From Octopus vulgaris (lineage: Eukaryota): 64,000 bases of DNA. The position numbers and the translations under genes are program-made. This document shows, piece by piece, positions 38,660 through 53,701 of this stretch. The stretch is taken from contig OX597825.1 in assembly GCA_951406725.2 (NCBI GenBank), positions 57,970,001 through 58,034,000 of the forward strand. The letters run 5' to 3'. How positions within the stretch are numbered: the first letter of the stretch is position 1; every line of letters begins with the position of its first letter. Under the pieces are notes generated by a model, which had not been told where the DNA came from, searched no databases, and saw only the letters and a list, made by a program, of their open reading frames with translations.

Positions 38660-41600
38660 CTGAAATTAATAGTATGTGAAATATGATAGCAGACTGCATA
38701 CTGAAAATACTAGAAGAGTTAGAGAGTGTTATTAATTATTTTGTTAATCAATTTAAACGTTTGTATAAAGCTGACAAACCTCAACAGAGAAAAATTATGT
38801 AATCTTATATATAAGGAATGAAAAAAATTAAAAAGAAGAAAAAGGTAGAAAGAAAAAAATTAAATTTTTCAGTTTTTAGATCTTTTTGTTGCGTAGTGAA
38901 GCCTCTGCTGGGTTTTGAACCATAGATTTCAGGTTTCTTTCCTCTCCAGAACCAGGACCTAATGTATCCCCATAAAAGGAAATGTGTCCATAAAAGATAT
39001 TAACGCTTGTGTGAATATTAATCGATCAATCAGCACTGGCTAACTTATGACCGAATATTGTAGAACTCTGGATGTTTATTGGTAAGTATGCAAGATGGAA
39101 ATTACAATATTTGAAAACTAAATCAAATTTTAGTTTGGTCATTGTCTTTAATAACAACTATATCTTAGGTTAACCACCAGTATATTGAGAGTGCCGCTCT
39201 ACTCCATTTCTAAATGCAGGAACCGATGTCTCATTAGGCAGCTCTTCAGCTCTTCAGCTGCGAAATCAGAGCTACCAGGGCCATCATGACCTTTATCGAA
39301 TCAAATGTTGTGACTCTGGACAAGATTTCTCTCATTCTTGATACTCGTTCTTGCTGCACCAGTCATCCTTTCTCTTGAAGCAAATGCAATGGCTCGCATT
39401 CTCAGTAGCATCGGATAATATTTTAGCAACCTCTCTTCTCTCCTTTGCAGCTGGTTGAAGACTCCCGATCATCGAGCGAATCTGGGTTCCAACAAATTCT
39501 CTAATGCCTATCACCGGAGGAGAGTATTTTATGACAAGATTGATTCTATTGAGAGTAAAATGTGACAAGTGATATTTATCACCAAAGTCAACAAAAACCT
39601 TCTAAGTCCCCTCCTATTTCGGGTCATTCGTCTTTCCTACAGTGCATGTCTTGAAGCGTTCACCTTCCCTACAAAACTTAATGTTCCTATGTTCCACTAC
39701 TTGTGATCTTTCGCCATTTTTAATTCGTTTTAACCTCTCTACCATTGCATCAACGATTACTCTAAGTACTTGGTTATGCCACCCCTGAATCTGTGCTCCA
39801 CACCTAGTAGACAATTGCAAAAAAATATGCATCATCTTTCCAATTTCGGCACATTTTCACAGATTACTCGCATCTCTTTTCTTGTACCTTAGGCTTACAG
39901 AACTAAGAAGCATATCGTAGACGGAGCGAACCAGAAAACTGATTCTGGTGGTTCCTATGACTAAAGTTTTTCCCACTCTACCTTTCGTCTAACCACAAAC
40001 TCCTCCCAAACAGTACACTGTCTTCTTGGCTGAATTGTATCAGCATCATATAGCGACTTTGCACCACCTCTTATTTTCCTGACCGATTTGGCTACTGCAA
40101 TGCTCTCCTACTCATTCGTAGCATGATATGGATTAAATTCCTTGTTTCCAAGACCTTCCTTATTGCTCATTGTGCGTGACCCACTATATCTCCACATTGT
40201 AGGGCACCACAAATTTCTTCCTTGCCTCAAAAGCAATCCACTTTCTTCCAGTCCTTATCTCTGGAAGACAGGAACTAATGATGTAATTGTTTAAATGGTT
40301 CAGTAGCCGCAATGATTTGGATATCTTATTTATGGTTGGTGGATCCTAGAAAATAAATTGCCCCTCTTCCGTTGGAGACATTTTCAAAGCCATTTTATGA
40401 ATGTCTTCTCTCTGAGACTGGCAATTTTTGCATTACAACAAATAATGTCGTAAGCTCATTGAATGGCTTGCAGACTGATTCACTTGTTTGTCATCTTGTC
40501 TTAGATACATCAAATACTTGGTACAATGTTCTCCACAGTAAGAGTGAAATGTAAAGATGAGACGTTTATGCTAACCTTAAAACTAATAACGAAATGAAAC
40601 GGTTTTAATCATGAATCGAAACCAAAAGTTGCAGACTCTTCAAAACTTCAGTATCTTACCTCAATTAGATCTGTAGGATTTCCCCATTCGAATATTGATT
40701 ATTGAAATATTAGTTCTATTTGTTTTAGCAATCACACATTTTTGTGTGAATGAATAGAGGTTGGACACAGAATTCTATTAATGTCTTTAAACTTTCATTA
40801 ATTGTTAAGATTTTGCTAGAGCAGAAATTAGATATGCGAGTGAGAGGTATCAGCTACTTCGATTAATATATTCCATGAAAATCGTTTGCAGCAGACATCC
40901 ATAATAAGAGAGCTTCTTTGTGGTCACGCAGTTTGCTAGAAACAACATCTAAATGCTTTTCAAATCACACCCAGTTTTATTTGATATTTTTTTTATTTAT
41001 GCGCCCTTTTCAAGCATAGCCAGGCTCATGGGCCCGGTTTCCCGGTTTCTGTGGCGTATGTGTTCCCCCCAGCCGGACTGGACGCCAGTCTATCGTAGCG
41101 TTACCCAAGAAACAGGAAGAAATAGTGAGAGAAAGTTGGGGCGAAAGAGTACAACAGGGGTCATCACCACCCCCTGCCGGAGCCTCGTGGAGCTTTTAGG
41201 TGTTTTCGCTCAATAAACACACACAACGCTCGGTCTGGGAATCGAAACCGCGATCCTTCGACCGCGAGTCCGCTGCCCTAACCACTGGGCCATTGCGCCT
41301 CCTGCGCCCTTTTAAAGCCTAGCCAGACTCATGGGCTTGGTTTCCCGGTTTCTATGGTGTATGTGTTCCCCAGCTGGACGGGACGCCAGTCCATCGCAGC
41401 GGTACTCAATTTTGCCAGCTGAGTGAACTGGAGCAACGTGAAATGAAATGTTTTGCTCAAGAACACAACGCGACGCCCAATCCAGGAATCGAAACCACAA
41501 TCTTACGATCATGATGCTGACACCCTAACCACTAAGCCACGCGCCTCCACTTTTGATATGGAAAGTATATATCGGACTTTGTAATCCTAGAAAACTAAAC

Positions 41601-41793
41601 AATACGGGATGATTACAGTTTGATTGCATTTTGCGACTGATCTGGAGCCGAACATTATCATAATCGTCGTCGTCATTGTCATCGTCAGCTTTGTCGTCGT
41701 CGCCAATATCATCATCATCATCATCATCATCAACAACAACAACAACAAAGCAACAACATCATTAACAGGAACAACAATAAAGAATCTACTGAC

Positions 41794-41946
41794 CTACTGA
41801 AGAAAGATCAAATGTGACCCTGTTGATTCTGAATGCATGTGGAAAGTATATCGTTTTAGGAATTGGCTGGCACGCAGCTCTTCGGTGCCGCACATTCACA
41901 TCTATGTAAATTTTGGCAGCCGTTTCAAATGACTCGTAATATAAAC
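41794..41946 (-). CDS. Exon E2' (copy 2)
   Basis: 153 nt, open. Reads ...KIYIDVNVRHRR...YFPHAFRIN... Confidence 0.8.
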
Positions 41947-44939
41947 CTGCATTGAGAAGAAAGGATTTTTTTCATCGCTGATTGGAGAGAGAGGGAGTGA
42001 GAGAGAAAGGGAGAGTGAGAAAGATAGAGGGAGAGAGGAATTGATAGAGAGAGAGGGTGAGAGAGGGAGAGAGGGCGAGAGAGATAGTGGGGCTCAGTTA
42101 GAATTATCTTAATAAGAGTAATCCCATAGCACAGGAAAGGAGCAGTGGTAGTTTACTTGATGAGAGACAAACAGATGATCTCAAAGAAGACAATAAAACT
42201 AATGGAGACATGACAGATGAACAAAAGGCACTCTACGACAAGACTTCAAGAGAACGATAGCGACAATATTTGCAACCTTAAAAAGGTTGATCGATGGAAA
42301 TTGAACCAAGAAATGAAAAATGTCGATGAAATTCTGAAATACATCAGAGCAACATCACAGAAACAAATAATTTGATCAAGGCAGCAAATATTGTTGTAGT
42401 AGAAAACGTGGGTGTTGATGTCAAGAAAAAGAAACATAATGGGAGAGACAAAAGAAAAGATCCATGGTGGAAAAGAAGAATCCAGGCAGAGTTAGACGTG
42501 CTCTCGAAGGAAATCTCTGTGTTAGACCGAAAAGAGAAAGTGGAGCTTAAAACAGAACAAAAAATAAAGGGCACTGAAAAGGAATTATAATATTGAAAGA
42601 AAGGGCCCGAAATTAGTAGTGGATGAACTGAAATAGCGCCTCGTTGTAAAGAAAGCAAATATGGTAAGATGCGACCAAAGAATGAAGGGTTACCACAAGA
42701 ATAGATTATTCAGAGTAGATCAGAAGAGATTCCATAAAGAAATAAATGGAGACTGTACAGAGGAAAAGTTGATACCAGATAACATTGAAAGTCAAAGGTT
42801 TTGGAGTGACATCTGGAGCAAAGACAAGGAGCACAAGAAAGATGCTGAATGGTTGCAAGGATTGAAACAAACAGTAGTCTGTCCAAAACAAGCAAACTAG
42901 TAATTTCAGTTAAGGAAGTGACGGAAATTAGCAAAAAAAAAATGAGCAACTGGAAGGCTCCAGGACCAGATGGAGTTCAAAGCTACTGAGTCAAAAGATT
43001 TGGTGAATGCCATGCACGAATAGCTGCGTAACTCAACACCTCGTTAAATGCCGACCAAGTAACAGTAGAGTGGTTGACATTGGGTAGGACAGTGTAGTGC
43101 GGGAAAAAGATCGAAAAAGGCAATACGGTAGACAATTACAGGCCGTTTGCCACTTATGTGGAAGTTATTGACTGGAATACTCGCAGAGTCAATGTACGAA
43201 CATCTGGAAAAAAATGGAGTCCTGCTACATGAGCAAAAGAGTTGCAAGTGTAAGTGCAGAGGTACCAAAAATCAACTCCTATTAGACAAAACTGTACTTA
43301 GAGACTGCAATAGGAGGAAAAGTAATTTAGCCACGTCATAGATCGACTATCGTAAGGCATACGATATGATCCCACATTCTTGGATAATGGAGTGTATGAA
43401 CCTATTTGGTATTGCATCGAATGTTGAGCGATTGCTTGGAAAAAGTATGACCTCAAACTTTACGGTAAAGATGAAGCCCAAGTCAGTTCCCTTGTTTATA
43501 CCGTGTATACCTTCAGTGCTGATATCAGAATGGAGTTCAGCCTGGGAAAGTGTGGTGTGCTTGTCTTGAAGAGAGGCAAAATCAAATGCATGGATGGGCT
43601 AACGATTATGAAGCAGATAGAAGAGATGGGCTATAAGTACTTGAGGATTTTGGAAATGGATAGATTGATAGAGAAAGAAAGGACAGAAAGATTTTAGATG
43701 GAATACTTGCGCAGACTGCGACTGATCCTGGAGTCGAAATTAAATGGACAGAATAAGATCGAAGCTATCAACACCTGAGCGGTTTCACTCCTTAGATATG
43801 GAGCATGGGTAATCGCATGGACAGTAGACGAACTAAACAGCTTAGACAGAAAGACAAGGAAGTTGCTCACTAGATATGTGTTACTCCACCCAAAAATTGA
43901 CACAGACAGATTGTATGTACCAAGAAAAAGAGGCGGAAGAGGACTTATTGGATGCGAACACAGCATTAGAGTAGAAGAAAACAACATAGCATGGTATGTA
44001 AAAAATGCCACAGAACTGCAATTATTAGAAGTAGGAAGGTCAGGCTTGTGTAAGATGAAAGATTGCAAAGATAAAGCACTATACGAGAAATTGAAAACGA
44101 ATGAATCTGAAAATTGGTGGATAAAGAAAAAAATGCATGTTCATTTCCATAGGGATGTTGAAGATAAGACAGACAGAGAAAAAAGATGGCTGTGGATGAC
44201 TAAAACTGATTTAAAACCGGAAATGGGGGCTCTAATTTGTGCTGCCCAAGAGTAAGCACTAAGAACAAACTACATAAACTACAGAATAGACAACACAGCA
44301 GAAAGTGATAAGTGCAGAATCTGTGAACAAAACGGCGAAGCCGTATGGCATATTACCAGCCAATATATGCCACTAGCCTGGAAGGGATATAAGAGACACC
44401 ACGACAATATAGCCGGGCTTGTCCATTGGACACTCTGCAACAAGTGTGAACTTCACAGAGCAAAAAATTGGTACGACCACAAACCTGAAGTCATCGTCGA
44501 AAATAGAAATGCAAAAATCCTATGGGATTCTATGATTCAGTGCGACCATGATATAGAGAATAGGAAGCCGGACATAGTCTAAATTGAAAAAGAAAACAAA
44601 CTATGCTGGATCATAGATACAGCATGCCCAGCTGGCAACAGGGTATGCGATTAGGAAGAAAGAAAAGTTGAGAGATATGACAGGTTAGCTTGGGAAGTTA
44701 AGAAGTTGTGGTCAATGAAAAAGGTAGCAGTAATACCAATAATCGTCGGAGCCCTGGGAACAGTGAGGTTAGAGCACCTGCAGAAAACAGCACTGCTTAG
44801 AACCGTTCGAATACTCCGGAAGGCGCTCGAAAAATAAGTGGCGTTGTTACCTTAGTTCACTGGTAGTGAACAGCTGACACTGTAGTACATCTCCAGCGTT
44901 AGAAGCCGTGCAAAAGCAATAATAATAATAATAATAATG

Positions 44940-45107
<168 letters not shown>

Positions 45108-45551
45108 TATTTTCCTTTTTACTCTTTACATGCTCCAGTCATCAGACTGCTGAGGCACCGCATTGAAGAATTTTTGTCAAATTAATTCATTCTATTACTT
45201 AGCCCGGTAGTTATTCTATCAGTCACTATTTGCCAAACTGCTAAGTTACGGTGACGTAAACAGAGTAACACCAGTTGTCAAACAGTGGTGAGGAACAAAG
45301 ACACAAAGACACACAAACACATCCATCCATCCATACATACATACATACATCCATCCATACATACATACATACATACATACATACATACATACATACATAC
45401 ATACATACATACATACATACGACGGACTTCTTTCAATTTCCGTGTACCAAATCCTCTCGGTCCGAGGCTACAGTACAAGACACCTGCCCAAGACACTACA
45501 CTGTGTATGACATTGTTTACATCGCGCGAGCTAATTCTAACTCCTATTTGA

Positions 45552-45714
<163 letters not shown>

Positions 45715-45765
45715 CGCGTATGTATGTATGTATATATGTATTGAGAAATCCGAGGAAATACTTAC

Positions 45766-45915
45766 GTCTTTGGCATGTAGGTCCAGAGTAACCAAAAAAA
45801 CATTTAGTCCCATTGCAATGCCCATCGTTATCGAAGTCACAGTCAACGATATCGAAGCAATGACATTGATACTTCAGGTCAATACCAAATCTGTCAACTC
45901 TAAATAAACATCCAG
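45766..45915 (-). CDS. Exon E1' (copy 2): EGF-like repeat
   Basis: 150 nt, identical to E1. Confidence 0.9.
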
Positions 45916-47325
45916 CTGAAAATTAAAGAATCAAATGTGAAAAATTGTGATTTATCTTGCATTACCCATCATTCGAAGAATAAATTGGGTATTAATTTCA
46001 ATATTTAATATTTAGAGACCTAAATTTGGTGGCAGGCTTTGGTCAAACTAGATCGCTCTCAGATCGAAAGGCGCCAGGAGCGGGCAGAAACTCAGAAGTG
46101 ATGAAAGATGGAAGAGACAAGGCAAAGATATATATACAGATGCCAGGCATATGTATGTATATATGCTTCAGTCCATCCCCAAAACTAGACATCAATATCT
46201 AAGCGTTGGCTATAGATTTATTGGGAACATAGATGATAGATTATTTAACTATAGTAAACTTTTGTCGAACGTTAACCTAGGAAGATTTCAATAACGAGTG
46301 ATTGCGATACGCTTGAATTCTGTTATAACGAAGTTGGGTTTATTTATACAGGGAATTTAGCTATTTGTTAAAAACGAAGATTAAAGTAGGATTTTGATGA
46401 AGGTTACGAAATATAGGGAACCATGCTGGAGTAGTAGCCATAGATTAGGGGAAGTTATTTCAAAAACGATTAGCGATTTTGTAGTTACTCTTTTACTCTT
46501 TTACTTGTTTCAGTCATTTGACTGCGGCCATGCTGGAGCACCGCCTTTAGTCGAGCAAATCAACCCCGGGACTTATTCTTTGTAAGCCCAGTACTTATTC
46601 TATCGGTCTCTTTTTGCCGAACCGCTAAGTGACGGGGACGTAAACACACCAGCATCGGTTGTCAAGCAATGCTAGGTGGACAAACACAGACACACAAACA
46701 CATACACACACATACATATATATATATACATATATACGACAGGCTTCTTTCAGTTTCCGTCTACCAAATCCACTCACAAGGCATTGGTTGGCCCGGGGCT
46801 ATAGCAGAAGACACTTGCCCAAGGGGCCACGCAGTGGGACTGAACCCGGAACCATGTGGTTGGTTAGCAAGCTACTTACCACACAGCCACTCCTGTCTAG
46901 GATATAGAATTAGATTAGAGGAAATTGAAAACTGGTAGAACAGAAAAAGAAGTTTATCGCTAAAGCGTATTTGAAAGATGAACAACTTGGTAGGAAGTGA
47001 ATTGTTAATTAAACCTAAAGTTACGGAGTATATTAGAGAATCACATGATTAAATAGGTCACAGTACAAGAGTGAAGGAATTTTGTTAACGTTTGTAAAAC
47101 ATGTTACGTAATGGTTTAAGATTACGAGTCAGGATTTATGCATGTATTCATGTATTCAGCAGGAGTGGCTGTGTGGTAAGTAGCTTGCTAAACAACCACA
47201 TGGTTCCGGGTTCAGCCCACTGCGTGACATCTTGGGCAAGTGTCTTCTGCTATAGCCCCGGGCCGACCAATGCCTAGTGAGTGGATTTGGTAGACGGAAA
47301 CTGAAAGAAGCCTGTCGTATATATG

Positions 47326-47358
<33 letters not shown>

Positions 47359-47825
47359 TTGTGTGTCTGTGTTTGTCCCCCTAGCATTACTTGACAACCG
47401 ATGCTGGTGTGTTTACGTCCCCGTCACTTAGCGGTTCAGCAAAAGAGACTGATAGAATAAGTACTGGGCTTACAAAGAATAAGTCCCGGGGTCGATTTGC
47501 TCGACTAAAGGCGGTGCTCCAGCATGGCCGCAGTCAAATGACTGAAACAAGTAAAAGAGTAAAAGAGTAAAGAGTATGTATTCATATAATGAATAGCATA
47601 TTAAATTATGATGTGTAGTTAAGCAGCGGTTAACTGAAACGAGATAAAGTAAGCAGTACATGGCAGATATGTGATCGATTAATAGTCCAACATACACTAT
47701 TTAAATTAACTGAAAAAATTAGGAAAATATTTCAATTTGCAAATAAATAATTAAAGCACATTTATGAGATGTATCACAGAAAAAAAGACAAAGAAAGACA
47801 GATACACAGAAGGTGTTCCACTTAC

Positions 47826-47912
47826 GGGGTGTCCTGGAACAATCCCTTTCACACCTTTTCTTTAAGGATTTGTCTGTTAGACAATCACCTCGCCTCCAAT
47901 CACATTTTCGTT
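47826..47912 (-). CDS. Exon E0' (copy 2): ShK-like Cys-rich module
   Basis: 87 nt, identical to E0. Visible inside ORF 47719-47964. Confidence 0.8.
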
Positions 47913-48166
47913 CTGAAACAATTTGAAAAAAAAAAAAACTGAGTGTATATCTTGATAATTTCATGAGGATAATAATAATAATGATGATGAGGATGATGAT
48001 GATATATATGTGTGTGTGTGTAGATATATATATATATATATTATATTGAGGTCATTACTATACATAAATGCCACACGTTAGGAGGGACTCTTAAAGTCAA
48101 AACTACCAAAATAATTAAACACATCGTACCGAATGCAACTCTCGAAGCAAGTCACTTAAAAACCGA

Positions 48167-48210
<44 letters not shown>

Positions 48211-48401
48211 CATATAAGACCAAAAGGGTACAGGCGTCGCTATATATATATGTATATGTAAAAAAATACAAACTGGGACAAGAACGCAACACATTTAGAA
48301 GACGATGCAAAAAACACGGACGGGTCATTCGAAGCCTTCAATCTTCAGTCAAGAACCGGATCATCCTCGCAATTTCGGCTGATTAATCTTGAGATTGCTC
48401 A

Positions 48402-48482
<81 letters not shown>

Positions 48483-48487
48483 CTCTG

Positions 48488-48518
<31 letters not shown>

Positions 48519-49208
48519 CATCCTCATTCAACGTCCAACTTCCGTGCTAGTATGAGTTGGATGGTTTGATAGCACACGTGGAGTCGGAGGGCTGCGCCAC
48601 GCTTCAGTGTTATCCTTTTGTATGATTTCTAAGGTTGGATACCTTTTCTAACGCCAACCACTTTATAGAGCGTAGTTTTTTTTATGTTTGTTTGTGTATG
48701 GCACAGGACTAGTGACCTAGCGTTTTCGCTATAAGGCTCCCATCACTAAAAGAACAATAGGAGAGTGTGATGATTCTAGGGAGTTGACAAGAGGCAATGT
48801 AAAGTAAGTTGTGAGAAACTATTTTAAATGTGAGAGCGTGTGAATGAGGAGGATAATAGCGTAGATATTGTTTGTGGAGGGTTAGCTTTAGGGACAGAGA
48901 AAAGGAGACTGGGATTAAGATCAGGTGTGAGTGAAAAAGGGAGAAACGGGATACTAAGACTGATCAGGTAGGTTTTTAACACTTGCATTGGTATTCCACT
49001 TTATAAAGGTGAGTATAGGTGAAAGATGTGAGGGAAGAGAGATATAAAAAAAAAAAGTTAAAGATTGTTTACTCACTAAAAGAGAGTAGAAAACGATTAA
49101 AGAGTTTCGACCTTGTATAAATCAACAATTTATTTTGTTCCGATGTTGTTGGCTAAGAGTGAAATTATCGATCGTGAAAATATTTTCAAAAAGTTGATGT
49201 ACGTGTGT

Positions 49209-50370
49209 GTTAGTTAGTTAGTTAGTTAATTTGGCTCAAAAGCAAATAGCAAGGCCATGTAGGGGGACATGGAGTTAAGTACAGGGTGGTGTTCATGTAA
49301 AGAGTTCAGGCCACTTGTGGTCCAGGGAGGCTTTGAACAAAGCGGTCGTCGGCATCTTCACCATCTCGTCTGGCAACTTGTTCCACGGATCCGCAACCCG
49401 GACGGAGAAAGCTCCTCTCCTTCGATTGAGATGAAATCGTCGCAGGTAGAGCTTTTCGGAATGACCCCGCAGCCGACGCTCCGGAGCAGGAGTGAAGAAC
49501 AGCTCTTTCGAGAGGTTACACTTCCCGCTTATGATGTTGTGGGCGAGAATGAGATCACCACGGCGGCGGCGTTTTTCAAGAGAACAAAGGTCGAGCGTCC
49601 TCAGCCTTTCTTCGTAGGACAAATTTTTGAGACCATGAACCATGCGGGTAGCCAGCCTCTGGACTCTTTCGAGGTGCTGTATGTCTTTGAGGAGATAAGG
49701 AGAAGAGGCTTGAATCCCATACTCCAATATGGGTCTCACCAGCGTGACATAGAGTGGCAGGAATATGGCTGCTGTGAGCATTCCGAATGACCGTCGAATC
49801 AAAAACAGAATTCCGCGCGCTTTGTTGGCAGCATGGACGCACTGGGCCGAAGGCGAAAAGGAGGAATCCACCAAGATACCCAGGTCCTTTACCTGATCGG
49901 TCCTCTCCAGCAGCAGACGACCCGGCTCGAAATCAAGTTGAGTTGCAGGAGTAGAGCCGACAGGCAGATGACAGCACTTTGACACGTTCAGACACAGGTC
50001 CCAATCGTTAGACCACTTCCAAATTTGGTGGAGGCATCGACGAAGATCCTCTATACTACCGCGAGGAGCGACCAGTTTGATATCGTCGGCAAATAGAAGG
50101 GTGTGTTGCGTGAGGTCGTCGGGCAAGTCATTTATGAAGACTAAGAACAACAAGGGCCCAAGCACTGAACCTTGAGGCACGCCACTGCTCGCACTGGAGA
50201 CGTCGGACCGCGAACCATTAACTTGAACTTGGAAGGAGCGATCTGAATGGAAGGCACCAACCCATCGTACGATATCCGGATGGAAACTATATGCTTGAAG
50301 CTTGACAAGTAGTAGGCGGTGGTTTACCGAGTCAAAAGCTTTGGCAAAGTCCAATAAAACGATGTCAACG

Positions 50371-50371
<1 letters not shown>
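49209..50371 (-). mobile_element. 5'-truncated CR1-group LINE with an uninterrupted RT C-terminal ORF
   Basis: Motifs DFAKAFDSV, GVPQGSVLGPLLF, FADDIK, KDLGI and RRRRGDLI. (TAAC)n 3' tail. The 5' end abuts (CA)n. Confidence 0.92.
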
Positions 50372-50407
<36 letters not shown>

Positions 50408-50416
50408 TGTGTGTGC

Positions 50417-50480
<64 letters not shown>

Positions 50481-50640
50481 TAGAGAAAAATAGCTGAAGT
50501 CGTAATGGTGAAGATAGTGACAATGATACTGGAAGCATATAAATACCTTGTTTCTTTGAGTGGAAGATAGAAGAGAAAAAGAAGCTTTGAAATTCTATTC
50601 AACGCTGTTAAACGCATTAGCGAAAATAGGGATCTCTAAC

Positions 50641-50700
<60 letters not shown>

Positions 50701-50710
<10 letters not shown>

Positions 50711-50940
50711 CAAATTAGAGACAAAACCACTATTAGGCAAATCAAACAAAGAAAGACTTAATCCAATACATAAATTAATTTATATAATTTAGAAATTTAA
50801 CAATTATTAATATCCACTACGTAGTGGATATTAATAATTGTTAAATTTCTAAATTATATAAATTAATTTATGTATTGGATTAAGTCTTTCTTTGTTTGAT
50901 TTGCATAATAGTGGTTTTGTCTCTAATTTGTATAATATAA
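50701..50940. repeat. Near-perfect spacerless palindrome (about 120-bp arms) in (TA)n
   Basis: Centre ...atatccactac|gtagtggatat... at 50820/50821. The arm sequence recurs at 63250-63310. Confidence 0.9.
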
Positions 50941-51049
50941 TATTTTACTATAAATTGGATTCAATCCTAAATCTGATTTTTCCACGTAAATTTGGATTTA
51001 TTCCCTAATATTTATTATTATATATATATATATTTATATATATATATAC

Positions 51050-51081
<32 letters not shown>

Positions 51082-51084
<3 letters not shown>

Positions 51085-51286
51085 ATCCAAACATGAACAA
51101 AGAGAAAACACAACAACGCGAGGACGTGGAAGAAGTATAGTGCTATTGGACGCTCAGGAAAGGAAAGAAAGAAGGAGGATTTAGCGTTTCGAGCGGAGCT
51201 CTTCGTCAGAAACATAGAAAAAGGAAAGGTCAAAGGAAGGAGAGACGGAGAAAGAAAATCGCCAACGGTACACACGCCGTCGCATT

Positions 51287-51328
<42 letters not shown>

Positions 51329-52400
51329 CACATACCAACACATACACACGCATACCTTCTTCTCTTGCGCTCTCTTGTCTTAGAAAGAACTTTTTCTTCA
51401 CTCATTCCCTTCCGGTCATTTCAAAATGTAACCACGTGGAATCATTGGCGATTTTCTTCCTCCGTCTTCCCTTCTTTTCGACTTACCCCTGTTTCTGAAG
51501 AAGGGCTTTGCTCGAAACGTTAAATCCTCTTTCTTTCCTTCCCTGGGCGTCTGATAAGACATTACTTGTACCACGTCCTAACGTTGTTGTTTTTTTATGT
51601 TTGTTCTTCTTTGTTTGGATTTACTATATACCGCACGCTCACGCGGACCCCGGCCTTCTGACTGACTTTGGAGTACCTGTTCGCAGAATTCTTTTGCCTT
51701 CGGATTACTTTACCTGCTCATTCGGATTACGCCAATTCTACACCTTGATTGGGAATCATTACAATTTGTCCGTGACTCTTCCACTCTATCCCCTCCTCCT
51801 CCTTCAACCTATTTTCTGTTCTACTTCCACTCTCCTTCTCTTTTCCTTTTTGTCGCCACCAATAGCACCTACACCGACATTCACACCCTCTCACCATGCC
51901 TGACCTTCACTCCTTGTCCAGCACCTCCATTCCCTTCTTTCCCGATTTCTTTGTCCCCACCCCACCCCTAATGCTTGCAACCCGCAAAAAAAACTCTCTC
52001 ACCTGCTTTTTATAAAAACTCGCTTTTCTTAGCAGTTGCCTCCGTCATCACGTCACACCCCGTGGCTTCCTCTTGAAGTTCCACTTTACCCACCATTCCC
52101 ACCCTTCATCGAGACCACTCCCACCCGCACTTCCCGCCTCCTCATCCGTGCCACCATCCGTTCCACCTGCTCCTTGCTCTACTCCCTCGACCACCAACTC
52201 TCCCAAGCTTACCTCCTCCTTTCCTCCATCTGCCCTCCACCCTTCATCCAACCCATTCTCCGCTTCCTTCTTAATCTCAACCACCAACTCCACAATTTCC
52301 TCACACACACACAAAACAAAATACTCCACCGCCTCCTCAACCCTTCACACCCTCCCCTTCCACTTTCTCTCTATAGCGACGTTTGACAGCTTCCGCTCTC
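51082..52400 (+). mobile_element. Penelope-like 5' region: inverted and direct pLTR-family copies with hammerheads, plus ORF N-terminus
   Basis: Minimal hammerheads at 51179-51213 (-) and 51491-51525 (+). C-rich Leu/His-rich ORF piece at 52036-52386 resembles PLE N-terminal domains. Confidence 0.6.
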
Positions 52401-52816
52401 TCTCTTTCCCTCTCCGTCTTTGTCGTCTCTTGTCGCTCTTTCTCCCACCGCGTCTCTCTCTCTCTCTCTGTACGTCGTCTGTATCTATAGGGAGAAAGCG
52501 TTTACAGACGTGTGTTTAGTGGAGGGGAATCAAATAGTAGATAATTATACTGTGTAATTTTAGTAAATAAATAACTAAGTTGACATAATATAATGTCTAA
52601 AAGTTGATGAGCCACCTGTTGATCCCCTCCATTTTCTTATTGCTCTATAAATTAATGGTAAAATATCTCTTTACCTTCACCCATTTAGTACATTCGTTAA
52701 TGTAATTGCAATACAATAAAAAACTCTTGTGCATTAATAATTGGGTATTCTACCAGCAGTATATTGGGTAGATATTATCCCTTAGTTGGTTGGATTCACA
52801 ACCTCTAACTTTCTTG

Positions 52817-52870
<54 letters not shown>

Positions 52871-52923
52871 GTTTAAATATTTGTTGTGCAAGATTTTTTA
52901 TGTGAAGTCGTGTGTTGAAACAG

Positions 52924-53359
52924 ATATTGTTATATTTCGGAATGGTCATATTGCCATTTAGCCAATAAACACACGCACTATATATTTGGTGTTATTTTGC
53001 TTCAGTGATATTTATTTTTACATTAATCTTAATCTTATTTCAAAGTTCTTTCGTCACACTCCTGTGACCGCATCAGTGGTCCTTTGTTTCTTCTCACTTA
53101 CTTGTGTCTCTCCTACTAACCGTCAGCCATTTTGTATTTACAAAATGGCTGACGGTTAGTAAGGAGAGACACAAGTAAGTGAGAAGAAAACAAAGGACCA
53201 CTGATGCGGTCACAGGAGTGTGACGAAAGAACTTTGGCCGAAATAAGATTAAGATTAATGTAAAAAATAAAAAATAAATATCACTGAAGCAAAATAACAC
53301 CAAATATATAGTGCGTGTGTTTTTATTGGCTAAACTGGCAATATGACCATTCGAAATAT

Positions 53360-53366
<7 letters not shown>
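52924..53366. repeat. Fold-back inverted repeat (about 215-bp arms) with hammerhead-like motif
   Basis: Centre ccattttgta-tt-tacaaaatgg at 53137-53138. Motif cca-CUGAUGCG-GUCAC agga GUGUGAC-GAAAG-AA-CUU-ugg at about 53198-53237. Confidence 0.8.
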
Positions 53367-53402
<36 letters not shown>

Positions 53403-53701
53403 GTGTGTGTGTGTGTGTGTGATCAGGATTCAAGTAAGTCAGGCACTTAAATAGTAAGTGCCTGATTCGAAAAGTAAAATATATACATAACAAGAATAGA
53501 GGAATACGTATGCAGGTATCGAAGTACAGACAGAAAAATATTCAAGCTACGTATACGATTAACTGTACCCTACTGAGTATATCAATAGCCCTGAGGCTAA
53601 TCAAGAAACGTACATTGTACTAAGTGTACGGTCCATAATATACTTCAGGTCTACGCAAGGAGCAGGTTCCGAGAGAGGTGAATAATGAATAAATAAATAA
53701 A

